A DNA stretch of 64,000 nucleotides from the IMG/VR virus record IMGVR_UViG_3300033463_000038, positions 1 through 64,000 of that record. One strand, given 5' to 3'. The notes below the pieces were generated by a model, which made no database searches, had not been told where the DNA came from, and saw only the letters and a list, made by a program, of their open reading frames with translations. Shown in pieces: positions 47,140 through 56,732 of this stretch. The stretch comes from a virus. Its lineage: Duplodnaviria; Caudoviricetes. A program made the translations under genes and the position numbers. The first letter of the stretch is position 1, and every line of letters begins with the position of its first letter.

Positions 47140-48942
47140 ATGTCTATCAAGTATCCCGAAGAAGTACCAGGAACTGGAATCGAGCTGTATAGCGCAGCTC
47201 TCTGGAACCGAACGACTGTCGCTGACGGTAAATGGTTGCAGAACAACACTTTGAAGCCGTTGTACGACAACGAGCTAGTCTTGGCTTCAGCAATTCACAG
47301 CACGAGCGCTTCTCTTCAGGGAGAGGTTGACGATCTCAAGGCTGCTACTGACGTGATCGACGTAGTAGCTACATACAGCAGTCTTCAATCTTGGAGTCAT
47401 TCTGTCACTAGCGCAGACGTCATCAAGGTGCTGCACTGTGAGCCAGTAACTGCTGGTGGAGATACGTACAGCGGTCAGGTATATTTCAGATACGAAGGTC
47501 AAGATGCTCAGACAGCAGATCCATCTAAGTGGGTTCCGTTCGCATCGCTCGATCCATATTACAGCGAATCTCAGATCAACGAGATGTTCAACAATTTGAA
47601 TCCGGTTGCTTTCACCGGGTCATATAACGACTTGAGCGACAAGCCGACTATTCCGACCGTCAATGATGGAAAATTGACAATATCCAGAAACGGCACGGCT
47701 CTCGGCTCGTTCACCGCGAACCAATCTAGCCTTTTAGGCATTGACATTTCCGTACCAACCAAGACAAGCGACCTCGTAAACGATTCTTTATTGATTAACG
47801 ATGGAACGCTGACTATAAAGCAGAACGGGGTGAGTAAAGGTACTTTCTCCGCGAACCAATTAGGAAACGCCACGATAGACCTTGATGACACCACGACTGT
47901 TTCTAGCGTTGAAAAAACGGCTCTCGGAGAGATGAACACGTTGCCGGTGGCAAGTATGGTTTCTTCCGCTTTCAAGGCTGGTACTTTCTTATTGAAGGCA
48001 ACGGCAGACGGCGGCGAACCTTATGTATTCAACGACGTGACAATACCGAACAATCAATGGTACAGGTTCACTGTCAACGGCGAATCTTCGAACTATTGCG
48101 AGATTACGCTTGAAATCGTCGCGGGTAGTGCATCCTCCGCTTTCGGGACTTTCAAGCTGCTCGTGGATAACGGCAGCGTGAAGAATGTCGTGCGTGTTCC
48201 GTACGCCACGAAGACGGCGGCTGTCGGCTCCGTAACAACGCCTGTATATGTTGACGGAAACGGAGAAATCAAGGAATGCACAAGCGTGGCGCAAAAGGCA
48301 TCTTCCGGAAGCGGAAACCTTGCGGTTATTGACGGCAACGGGAATTATTCATCTAGCGGTATTAGTGCGTATGACCAAACTATGCTTAACGGACTCACGA
48401 GCAGACTTGGCTCGTTTGTAAGCGCGATAAACAGCTTTTCCCATTCCTTCAATGTCATATTCAATAGTTCGGATATTTCAAAAACCTTGGATTTTGAAAA
48501 TACCTATGCAAGCATAAAGTTCTTGAGATTTGGCATTTCTTACATCAGCGGAAAAATATCGTACAGATTGCCGTGGAGTGGCGCAAGTGCAGATTATAAC
48601 GGATGGATTATAGCACCGGACACGCAAACAAAAAATGGCAAATCAATCGTACATACCACACATACTTTCACCGTGGCAGGGAATACAAATACAGAAGAAC
48701 TTTATGAAGAAAACGAATTAGGGACAACGGGTCAAAGCGTAGCGTCAATTTTCGAAAAACAGATTACAACGTCGCAGACTGTGCGCGGTAGGCTATCTTC
48801 GGAAATACGACTTTATAACGGCATAAGCTACAAGGAGTTAATCGTCCATGTAGATATTGGATATGAAAGACTATCCTCAACTGGAGCATTTTATGCTTTT
48901 GGTACGGTAACTTGCAATACAGACTTGTTTGAAAACGACTAG
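47140..48942 (+). CDS. tail fibre / receptor-binding protein (mosaic)
   Basis: VAFTGSYNDL.DKPTIP, duplicated NDG.LTI..NG...G.F.ANQ, VPTKTSDL.ND, VGS.T.PVYV...G. Confidence 0.7.
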   Translation: MSIKYPEEVPGTGIELYSAALWNRTTVADGKWLQNNTLKPLYDNELVLASAIHSTSASLQGEVDDLKAATDVIDVVATYSSLQSWSHSVTSADVIKVLHCEPVTAGGDTYSGQVYFRYEGQDAQTADPSKWVPFASLDPYYSESQINEMFNNLNPVAFTGSYNDLSDKPTIPTVNDGKLTISRNGTALGSFTANQSSLLGIDISVPTKTSDLVNDSLLINDGTLTIKQNGVSKGTFSANQLGNATIDLDDTTTVSSVEKTALGEMNTLPVASMVSSAFKAGTFLLKATADGGEPYVFNDVTIPNNQWYRFTVNGESSNYCEITLEIVAGSASSAFGTFKLLVDNGSVKNVVRVPYATKTAAVGSVTTPVYVDGNGEIKECTSVAQKASSGSGNLAVIDGNGNYSSSGISAYDQTMLNGLTSRLGSFVSAINSFSHSFNVIFNSSDISKTLDFENTYASIKFLRFGISYISGKISYRLPWSGASADYNGWIIAPDTQTKNGKSIVHTTHTFTVAGNTNTEELYEENELGTTGQSVASIFEKQITTSQTVRGRLSSEIRLYNGISYKELIVHVDIGYERLSSTGAFYAFGTVTCNTDLFEND

Positions 48943-48949
48943 GTGAACA

Positions 48950-49166
48950 ATGAAGGACTTTTTCAAACTACTCGCTCCCTACATCGCCACCATCGGCTCC
49001 GCCATCGCACTTTACGCCAACTTCCAGACGATGGTCGGCGTGCTGGAGTACCGCACGAACGCGATGGAAGAACGCACGAAGGGCGTGGTGGAAGACATCG
49101 GAAGCATCAAAATCCTGATGCATACATCATATATGCGGGGATGGAAGCTTACGGATTCCACAATGC
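48950..49166 (+). pseudogene. probable truncated membrane-anchored protein co-acquired with fibre tip
   Basis: N-terminal hydrophobic helix + coiled coil, GC-rich until about 49115, then runs into convergent gene. Confidence 0.35.
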
Positions 49167-50465
49167 TTAAGCGTACATCCTTGCGCAATCATGAAGATTG
49201 ACAAGGTCAGTGTAGCCGACGTTGTAGCTGTTGAAGTAGTTTACGATGTCGAAATCCTTCTTGTACCAGAAGCTGAAGATTGAGTACGCAGACGAGTAGA
49301 TCTTGTTTCCTATCAGAATTCCCTTCTTCGTATCAGCTTCGTTAGTCTCGTCAAGTTCGATCGTGTACTCATCTGACTCGCTAGCATGGATATCAAGTTT
49401 GACGTTTCCTACGTATACTCCATCTCTCTCGAAGTGAAGGTCGTCAAGCAGCATATCGACTGTATTGTACTTCGTCTGGTCTCCGCTGCTACCCTTCCAA
49501 GCAGCTATCAAATCTTCCATAGTAGTCTTGCAGTACTTGTACACTGGAATGCATGACGCTTTTCCAGTCATCACGAACTTTCCTATTCCTTTGATGTGAC
49601 CAGCGATATTCAAGCAGTCCGAAGTAGGATGAACGTTGCTCGGATTGACGAACAGTCTCAGGCCGTTCTCTATCTTTCGTACGATGTCTGACAGCTCATC
49701 GATCTTGCTCCTCGCATAAGCTGTACACATATCTTCATAAGCGGGCTTGATGATCCAGTCGTTCGCTCTTGTGCAGTATAGCTTCATTCTCTCTGTGAAT
49801 GCTCGATAGTACGAAGATGCAGACTCTACGCTAGTACACAGCTCAGTCTCGTCTAGTACGCAGTTGAACATCGCCTTCAACTGATCTAGAAGATCGAATA
49901 CGCCGAGGCGTTTCAGAGTGTCGAGATAGTATCTCAAGAAGCGCTCGATAGCGTCTACCTTCCGTCTCAGCCAACGGATCCACTTGTTCATCTGTGACAA
50001 GAAGCTCTGGAACAGCCCAGTGATAGCCGATACCGTGAAATCAAGAGAAATCCCAGAACATATCTGTTCCTTGAACGCCTGAAAATCTCTCGTAATCTCA
50101 TGCAGTTCTCTTTGAACGTCTCCATTGATTCCGAGCATGTCACGTACAGCTTTAGAGAAGATGGAATCGGGATTGAGAAGATAGTCTCTGAAGAATTCGC
50201 AGTTGTACATGTTCTGGCACATCTTCGTATTAGAGAAATCCCGAATCCACAAGAAGTCCAGAGACTTCATCAGACTCGTTATAGACGACGCTATCAGCTT
50301 TATGACTGGATTCAGAACTTCACGGATCGAAAACAGCATCAACTTGACGATGCCGTAAATCGTATCGAGAATCTTGTCTGCGACAGCTTGTGCTATTTCT
50401 AAAGCCGTCTTGAGAGTGACAAATGTCTCGTAAATGTACGTGCAAATGATCGTAGATACGTTCAT
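49167..50465 (-). CDS. hypothetical helical protein
   Basis: 432-aa ORF, divergent from gp14. Confidence 0.75.
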   Translation of the reverse strand: MNVSTIICTYIYETFVTLKTALEIAQAVADKILDTIYGIVKLMLFSIREVLNPVIKLIASSITSLMKSLDFLWIRDFSNTKMCQNMYNCEFFRDYLLNPDSIFSKAVRDMLGINGDVQRELHEITRDFQAFKEQICSGISLDFTVSAITGLFQSFLSQMNKWIRWLRRKVDAIERFLRYYLDTLKRLGVFDLLDQLKAMFNCVLDETELCTSVESASSYYRAFTERMKLYCTRANDWIIKPAYEDMCTAYARSKIDELSDIVRKIENGLRLFVNPSNVHPTSDCLNIAGHIKGIGKFVMTGKASCIPVYKYCKTTMEDLIAAWKGSSGDQTKYNTVDMLLDDLHFERDGVYVGNVKLDIHASESDEYTIELDETNEADTKKGILIGNKIYSSAYSIFSFWYKKDFDIVNYFNSYNVGYTDLVNLHDCARMYA

Positions 50466-50488
50466 ATCAGTATATATATCGTGATATG
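50463..50488. promoter_or_regulatory. compact bidirectional late-type promoter
   Basis: CATATCA-g-TATATATA-tcg-TGATATG; both start codons are part of the inverted repeat. Confidence 0.6.
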
Positions 50489-51391
50489 TCTACCGATTTT
50501 CAAGAAGAGTTCAATCGAATATGGGGAGCTGCTGGAGGCTGCTCTGTTAGCGGATGGAACTGGAATCAGCCGATGCCGTTCGACGGCACTGATCCGAACA
50601 GCTGCTACGCGAATGAAGCTGCTCTCATGAGCTCGTTGACGTCCGAAGCCTACAATCAGTTCGGTTTCGAAATCGACTACTACATCAAGCAGATATCGAC
50701 AAAGAGAGATCGGCTGCTCGGTGAAGATCCGTTAGAGAATATCGTCAGACGCTTCAGACTATCAGTCTACACGGCGCAGATACCTAACTTGCAGAAGAAA
50801 TATCAGCTTCAGGGCATGCTGTACGAAGAAGTGTTCGATGTTCAAGCTACGATAGCTCACTTCAGCGAGGCGAGTCAATACAATTACGACCGCAGCAAGA
50901 TCCAGTACGAGATGTATAAGCCGAAGATAGGCGACTTGATGCACTTCACCTACAACAACAAGTACTACGAAGTGATAAACGTAAAGACTTTCGGCGAGAA
51001 CACAGCGTTCCTTGGCACACCGATCACATATACGTTCACTCTAAGAATCTGGAAGAACAATCACGAAGATGTCGACGTCATGAGTCAGAACGACGACGAG
51101 ATGCCGATCGAGAAGTTCACGTCGCTCGCAGAGACTTTCGACATCGAGAACAATACTGCTGAAGTCGGTTCACACTGTGACATTCTAGCTATCAACGACT
51201 ACGTGGATTCGAAGGATACGATCAATCCATACACTGAGAAAGAGAGAAAATCTCAAGGAAAAGAACCAGAGATTATCCAGAAAAAGAACGAAAATACAGA
51301 GATTTTCACGTATAAGCCCAACGATGAGCCTACCGAGATCGTAAAACAGAAGCGGGAAACTGACCCTTTCGATCCGTTCAACGGATGGTGA
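50486..51391 (+). CDS. gp14: neck protein
   Basis: L...L.SEA...FG....Y, D.L.GED, PK.GDL..F....K.YEV..V. Confidence 0.75.
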   Translation: MSTDFQEEFNRIWGAAGGCSVSGWNWNQPMPFDGTDPNSCYANEAALMSSLTSEAYNQFGFEIDYYIKQISTKRDRLLGEDPLENIVRRFRLSVYTAQIPNLQKKYQLQGMLYEEVFDVQATIAHFSEASQYNYDRSKIQYEMYKPKIGDLMHFTYNNKYYEVINVKTFGENTAFLGTPITYTFTLRIWKNNHEDVDVMSQNDDEMPIEKFTSLAETFDIENNTAEVGSHCDILAINDYVDSKDTINPYTEKERKSQGKEPEIIQKKNENTEIFTYKPNDEPTEIVKQKRETDPFDPFNGW

Positions 51392-51425
51392 GATATAAAT
51401 AACTAGTAAATACGAGGTAAAACCT

Positions 51426-51845
51426 ATGAAATGGAATGAATATCTGAAGATGATCAAGGAAGACGCTAACTACAATCCCGAAGTCTTCGAAGACGAGATC
51501 AACGGCACGGTTCCTGATGCTGGCAACACGGACGTATCGACTCCAGAACCAGTTCAACAGAAGAGCGCTATGGGCGACCTGATCGAGAAATATTTCTCTA
51601 AGGGCGAGTCCGACGCTATCGCTTCTCTTGACGGCTTCTCCAACGACTTCGTCAACGAGCTGTCCAACTACATCATGAAGGAATGGATCAATCCGGAAGA
51701 CTTCACTGGTCGTGATGACGCGCTCGCTCAGTTCAAGAAGAAGGTCGAAGGCATTCTCGACAGCCGCATCAACAAGATCGGTACCGGAATTCACGACCTC
51801 GGCGTACAGCTCGCTAACACTAAGAACCTGTTCTTGAAGAAGTAA
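51426..51845 (+). CDS. late protein, putative internal head protein
   Basis: TATAAATA 51394; MKWNEYLKMIKE. Confidence 0.65.
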   Translation: MKWNEYLKMIKEDANYNPEVFEDEINGTVPDAGNTDVSTPEPVQQKSAMGDLIEKYFSKGESDAIASLDGFSNDFVNELSNYIMKEWINPEDFTGRDDALAQFKKKVEGILDSRINKIGTGIHDLGVQLANTKNLFLKK

Positions 51846-51878
51846 GTCACAGCGGACACCGACAGCTGAGGAGAATCG

Positions 51879-53243
51879 ATGGCAGATCAGAATGGAAATT
51901 TTCCACCAAATCCTCCGCATCATCCATGCGGACCTTGGCCTTCAGTGTTTCCTTACAATAAAGACTACCCAGGAGATCATCCTCACCGTCCTCCGCAGCA
52001 AGTGCCAGGAAACCTTTGGTGGAATGACACTGAGCCAGTGATGGGTGTCTATCCCTGGGAATCGTGCTGCGACAGCGGTGCTGCAGATCAATGCATGTGC
52101 ATCACTTCTGGAGAAGTCGAGACATGGAATCAGACATACTCCGCAGTCAGCGAAAACTCTGCGGCATGGTCTGAACAAGCTCCAGACAACAGCTGGAGAA
52201 CGTCTGCCGACAACTGGCAGAGCGCGTACGAGACGGTAAGCGCTTCATCTGGAACTTGGAACGAAGCTTACAGCATAGCTTCGGGTTGGGATTCAGCTTC
52301 GCTAGATTCTCTGAATACGATCGTTTCTGCTACTAGCGCATTCCTGTCTACTTACAGCGCTTCTCCTTACATTCACGTCAATAGCGCTTACTTCGACGGA
52401 AATGGCAGTGAACCAGATCCTCTCACTTTCTCTCGTGACCTTCAAGCCTTCTATCAAGATGTAACGAAGGCGATGAACCAGCTCTACTTGGCTGGACAAT
52501 GGGGAGAAGAAGCTTATCGCAACTGGCTAGAGAAGGCAGATCTGAACGATCTGTACTATCATCTAGAAAAGATCGACAAGCTCATGTGGGATGTCAAGCC
52601 AGGAATTACTTCTGGTACGAAAACGCCAGACGGCATCTTCCATCAGCTAGAGAATATCTGGGCAGTCTTGAATGCGCCAGACGGAGATCTTTATCTTCCG
52701 GGTGAATGGATCAGCATCGTAGATCGAGTGATATCGGTCTCTGGAATGAATCCAGAGCTATGGTACGAGACTTCAGACGTCGTATCTGCTAATTCAGGAC
52801 ATTGGTCCGAGGGCTACTCTGCATACGAGACACTATCTGAAAATTCCGGAAGTTGGAACGATAGCCGTGAAAAGACAGAGATTCTCTCAGAAAGTTCTGG
52901 AAACTGGGATTCGACTTATGACGTCGTATTGACAAACTCCGGAAAATGGAACGAGATTTACGACGTACTGACTGACACATCGGCTAACTGGAACGCTGGA
53001 TATGAAGCCTACTTGACTCTGAACAGCAACTCTGGACGTTATGACGAGGCGTGCGCTAAGATCGACGAGGTTTCTGAAGCATCTGGCTCTTGGAACTCTG
53101 CATACGACACAGTCAACGAAAATTCTGCATCTTGGTCTAGCGGATCTCACGAGACATGGGTATATGAAGGAAATCTCGACGTGACTAACTATTCTGCATA
53201 CAACGCGCCAAACACTATCTACTTCAGCTACTATCAAGAATAA
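51879..53243 (+). CDS. virion protein with W-N-x-x-Y-x-x-V-S-x-x-S repeats
   Basis: About a dozen 14-residue repeats in two blocks; Pro/Cys-rich N-terminus. Confidence 0.65.
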   Translation: MADQNGNFPPNPPHHPCGPWPSVFPYNKDYPGDHPHRPPQQVPGNLWWNDTEPVMGVYPWESCCDSGAADQCMCITSGEVETWNQTYSAVSENSAAWSEQAPDNSWRTSADNWQSAYETVSASSGTWNEAYSIASGWDSASLDSLNTIVSATSAFLSTYSASPYIHVNSAYFDGNGSEPDPLTFSRDLQAFYQDVTKAMNQLYLAGQWGEEAYRNWLEKADLNDLYYHLEKIDKLMWDVKPGITSGTKTPDGIFHQLENIWAVLNAPDGDLYLPGEWISIVDRVISVSGMNPELWYETSDVVSANSGHWSEGYSAYETLSENSGSWNDSREKTEILSESSGNWDSTYDVVLTNSGKWNEIYDVLTDTSANWNAGYEAYLTLNSNSGRYDEACAKIDEVSEASGSWNSAYDTVNENSASWSSGSHETWVYEGNLDVTNYSAYNAPNTIYFSYYQE

Positions 53244-53267
53244 AGTTTAAACAGGAGCATCTAAGAG

Positions 53268-53693
53268 ATGAAAGAATACAAAAATTTACACGAATTCCTT
53301 CTAAACGAGTCTACAGTGCTCGACAAGAGAGAAGACACTAACCCGCTGTACTATATCTGGGCTGTGATCAAGAGCGTCAACGGAAAGACCGAAGACGAGA
53401 TCAAGAAAGACGATTCGCTGAAGGCTCTGTTCAAGAAGCTTGACAAGTTCTGCGACAACTACGACAAGTACACTAAGAAGCTAAAGGGTCGCTATTCTCC
53501 AGCTGAGCTGCAGCTCTCTTTCCAGAATCAGACCGTAGACCAGCAGAAGAAGACTGTCGACTGGTTGCTAGACAACATGAAGACTGCTATGTCGGCTGAC
53601 ATAAATGGCTTTAACGAGTGGAAAGAGTTCACAGACGCTTTCGACGAGCTCAGAAATTCTGAAGAGATGCAGGTCGTGATCAACTCACTGTAA
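53268..53693 (+). CDS. putative internal head protein
   Basis: MKEYKNLHEFLLNE. Confidence 0.6.
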   Translation: MKEYKNLHEFLLNESTVLDKREDTNPLYYIWAVIKSVNGKTEDEIKKDDSLKALFKKLDKFCDNYDKYTKKLKGRYSPAELQLSFQNQTVDQQKKTVDWLLDNMKTAMSADINGFNEWKEFTDAFDELRNSEEMQVVINSL

Positions 53694-53741
53694 AGATCTT
53701 CTATAAATAACATAAAAGAAATACTAAAAAGGTGTTACAAC

Positions 53742-54692
53742 ATGACTAAAAAGAGAAAAGAGCTTCTAAACGAGGATTTTCTGTCCGACATGGAACAGAA
53801 GCCCGTCAGCGCTGAAGACGTAGCGGGTGCACCGGAAAACGTTGCTGATGACGACTTTGCTGATCTTCTCGGCGGAAAGACTGCTCAAGCTGAACCTCAG
53901 GTCAGTCCGTCTGCTCAGGAAGACTTCGCAGAGACAGTCTCTACTCTGAAGGACGCTGTCAACGGCCTTGCAGTCACTGTAAAGGAAATAAAGGACGCTA
54001 TGACAAAGCAAGCTGAACCAGCACCAGCAGAAGAACCTGTTGCTCCAGCTGAACCAGAAGCTGCACCAGACGCACCTCCTAACGTAGATCTCGACGCTGC
54101 TCCGGAGGGCAGCGAAGAGGCTGCTCCAGCTGAACCAGCTGCAGATAAGGCGGCACCAGAAGATAAGCCTATCGAAGACAAGCCAGCAGAAGGTGGAGAA
54201 GCACCAGCTGCTGAGACTGAAGAAGACGACTTCTCTCAGGATGAATCCCGTCCCGAAGACGCTACTAAGTCTGAAGCCTACCAGATGAACCGCAAGGCTG
54301 GAAAGCTGCTCAACAGCAACTCTGGCTCTATCATCGGCATCGTCGAGTCTGGAAAGCTCTATAAGCTAGACGAGATGATCATGGCTGCTGTCAAGGCTAA
54401 GATCCGTGAGAAGATCAACGAAGCGAAGGCTAACCTCAAGGCTGAGTTCTTGAGAGAAGCAGCAGAACTTCCGAAGTCCGAGCCAGAAGTGATCAACGAA
54501 GAAGAACAGAAGGTCGAAGAGGCTAAGTCCGAATCTAAGAAGCCTATGTCGTTCCTCGAAAAGCTCAAGGCCGCTAAGGCATGCAAGGGCTCTGAATGCA
54601 CTGAAGAGAAGTGCGACGAATCCAAGAAGTCTTCTGATAAGTTTTCTTCCAAGTGCGAAGAAGACGAGGATGGCAAGAAGAAGGAACACTAA
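53742..54692 (+). CDS. acidic low-complexity protein, putative prohead core protein
   Basis: TATAAATA 53702; many (I/L/V)xE motifs. Confidence 0.6.
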   Translation: MTKKRKELLNEDFLSDMEQKPVSAEDVAGAPENVADDDFADLLGGKTAQAEPQVSPSAQEDFAETVSTLKDAVNGLAVTVKEIKDAMTKQAEPAPAEEPVAPAEPEAAPDAPPNVDLDAAPEGSEEAAPAEPAADKAAPEDKPIEDKPAEGGEAPAAETEEDDFSQDESRPEDATKSEAYQMNRKAGKLLNSNSGSIIGIVESGKLYKLDEMIMAAVKAKIREKINEAKANLKAEFLREAAELPKSEPEVINEEEQKVEEAKSESKKPMSFLEKLKAAKACKGSECTEEKCDESKKSSDKFSSKCEEDEDGKKKEH

Positions 54693-54695
54693 CTC

Positions 54696-55187
54696 GTGCT
54701 AAGCGAAACTCAAATGGGAGCTCTGAAAGTATTGGAAGCGCTGGAAGGTGAGGAAGAGACTGCATACACAGTCAACATCTCTAATCCAGTGTGTCCTTGC
54801 TGCGGAGCTAAACTCGTGATCAACGACGATGTCGAGCCTGGTCAGAACGAAGAGCTCAACACTGAGAATCTCGAAGAGAGCTACAGTGTCAACGAGCAGT
54901 TAGCTGATCCTTCAGTCATCATTCCGATGGTGCGTGAGACGGCTAACTACATCGTGGAAGGCTACACCGAGTACTGCGAACAGGCTGGTCTCGACCAGCG
55001 TCAGATCGCAAACTCGCTGTGCTATCCAGTCGATCCGGAACTTAAAGACGCTATCGTGAGAAAGGCGAAGGAATTGAAGTCCGTGTTTGCGAGCGCTTAC
55101 GGACTAATCGTAAACGAACAGATCATCGTCCAAGATCTTCGGGACGCGATCAAGAGAATCGTAACAGGCGGACGAAGATCAGTATAA
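54696..55187 (+). CDS. hypothetical late protein
   Basis: CPCCG; GTG start after AAGGA. Confidence 0.65.
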   Translation: MLSETQMGALKVLEALEGEEETAYTVNISNPVCPCCGAKLVINDDVEPGQNEELNTENLEESYSVNEQLADPSVIIPMVRETANYIVEGYTEYCEQAGLDQRQIANSLCYPVDPELKDAIVRKAKELKSVFASAYGLIVNEQIIVQDLRDAIKRIVTGGRRSV

Positions 55188-55218
55188 ATAAAAAGATTTT
55201 AACAACGAGGTTAACCAA

Positions 55219-55620
55219 ATGAAAGACTCTAAAATCACTAAAGAAATGCTCGATGAAGCAATCGAAGTGGCAGAGGCTCACGGCTACAAAGTGGTCGATG
55301 AGTCTGCTAAGGCTTATGCTGAGAAGTCCAAGAAGGAACTGATCAAGGAAGCTATTGAAGTCGCTAAGGCTCATGGCTACAAGGTCATCAAGGAAGACGA
55401 AGAAGAGGAAGTCGAGACTAATGTCGAAACTGAGACTCCGGAAGTCGAAGATGATGGCGAACTCATCACCATCCAGGTGACGAAGTCTGAGCTCGAAGCT
55501 ATCAAGTCTGTTCTCGACAAGATCGAATACGAAGATGACGGTTCCGCAGACGCTGAAGCTGCAGCTGCAGTAGTTAGCGCTATGGACAACGACAACATCT
55601 ACGGCGCTGCCGAAGACTAA
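55219..55620 (+). CDS. acidic late protein with duplicated EAIEVA.AHGYKV..E motif
   Basis: TATAAATA 55183; tandem motif. Confidence 0.7.
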   Translation: MKDSKITKEMLDEAIEVAEAHGYKVVDESAKAYAEKSKKELIKEAIEVAKAHGYKVIKEDEEEEVETNVETETPEVEDDGELITIQVTKSELEAIKSVLDKIEYEDDGSADAEAAAAVVSAMDNDNIYGAAED

Positions 55621-55645
55621 TTCGAAGCTTCGCGAAAAGCAATTA

Positions 55646-55680
55646 AAAGAGACTCTGGTTCATCGCCAGAGTCTTTCTTT
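55646..55680 (+). terminator. intrinsic terminator
   Basis: AGACTCTGG-ttcatcg-CCAGAGTCT-TTCTTT. Confidence 0.75.
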
Positions 55681-55709
55681 GCTTATAAATAACTTAAGAG
55701 GAATTTCTT

Positions 55710-56201
55710 ATGAAGAGATTTATGGATTTCAGAGAAAAGCGCATCGACGAGGCTGAACCAGTTCAACAGCAAGCCTCACCACAGCCTAAAGAAGCGCCAA
55801 AAGAGCCTGTAGAAGCTCCAAAAGCTGAGCCTCAGGATGCACCTAAGGAAGAGAAGCCAAAGAGCCTTAGAGAGACGTTAGCGGACAAAATTAAGCCGCA
55901 GATGGAATCTGCATTGAGCATCGTGAACGGCATTCAGACTGCATTCCAGGACAGATGCGCAAATACGACTAAGTATGACGCAATGGGTGACCAGATCAAG
56001 AACTTCGAGAAGCAGATCCGTGGCGCTTGTGAGCAGGTCATCGCGATGGTCGAACAGGAAAAGTTCGACTGGAAGAACTGGGACAACTGCTCTCCGAAGT
56101 CTTACAACGTGATCACGAAGTACAAAGATCGCGACTTCGACGTTCTGAAGCTCTCCGCTGCAGTGATCGTATTCTACAACAGCTTGATAGGAAAGAACTA
56201 A
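55710..56201 (+). CDS. putative internal head protein
   Basis: TATAAATA 55684; MKRFMDFREKRIDE. Confidence 0.65.
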   Translation: MKRFMDFREKRIDEAEPVQQQASPQPKEAPKEPVEAPKAEPQDAPKEEKPKSLRETLADKIKPQMESALSIVNGIQTAFQDRCANTTKYDAMGDQIKNFEKQIRGACEQVIAMVEQEKFDWKNWDNCSPKSYNVITKYKDRDFDVLKLSAAVIVFYNSLIGKN

Positions 56202-56202
56202 C

Positions 56203-56604
56203 ATGAGATATCTAGTCGAAAAGCTACTACTCGAACAGCCACATGTCTTTCTCGACATGGACGAAGAGTCTGAAGATGCTGGCGGAATCTGGGATTTCTG
56301 TGCAGAAGATCGTCCGAAGACTTGGATCATTCAGTTGATCAAGCTATATGCGATGCACAAGCTAGAGACTCTGAATCCGAGAAAGAACAACTCGACCGTC
56401 TTGTATTTGACTCCAGACGAAGTCGAGATGTTCACACAGCACATGGCCGAAGATCCGTTCTTCATCATCCAGGCTAAGAGCTGCGTCGACAAGATGAAGA
56501 GAGATAATCAAGATAAAGCGATTCGATTGCTTCAGAAGTACCTACCAGACGCGCTTCTTTCGAAGATAGGAATCTCAAAAGAAGTTGAACTGGAGGAAGT
56601 ATGA
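56203..56604 (+). CDS. hypothetical late protein
   Basis: ORF track, follows previous gene by 1 nt. Confidence 0.7.
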   Translation: MRYLVEKLLLEQPHVFLDMDEESEDAGGIWDFCAEDRPKTWIIQLIKLYAMHKLETLNPRKNNSTVLYLTPDEVEMFTQHMAEDPFFIIQAKSCVDKMKRDNQDKAIRLLQKYLPDALLSKIGISKEVELEEV

Positions 56605-56732
56605 GCGTAAGAGTCCGAAAGCCTATCAAAAAGGTTCAAGAGACAGAACCTAAGAAAATCTTAAAGGAAATTCCGATCCGTAAAAAGAAGAGTGAATCTA
56701 CTGTATCGAGTGACGTTGGTACAGCTCCTTGA
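56601..56732 (+). CDS. 43-aa basic peptide (not in ORF track)
   Basis: GGAGG SD, ATGA overlap; MSVRVRKPIKKVQETEPKKILKEIPIRKKK... Confidence 0.45.
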   Translation: MSVRVRKPIKKVQETEPKKILKEIPIRKKKSESTVSSDVGTAP

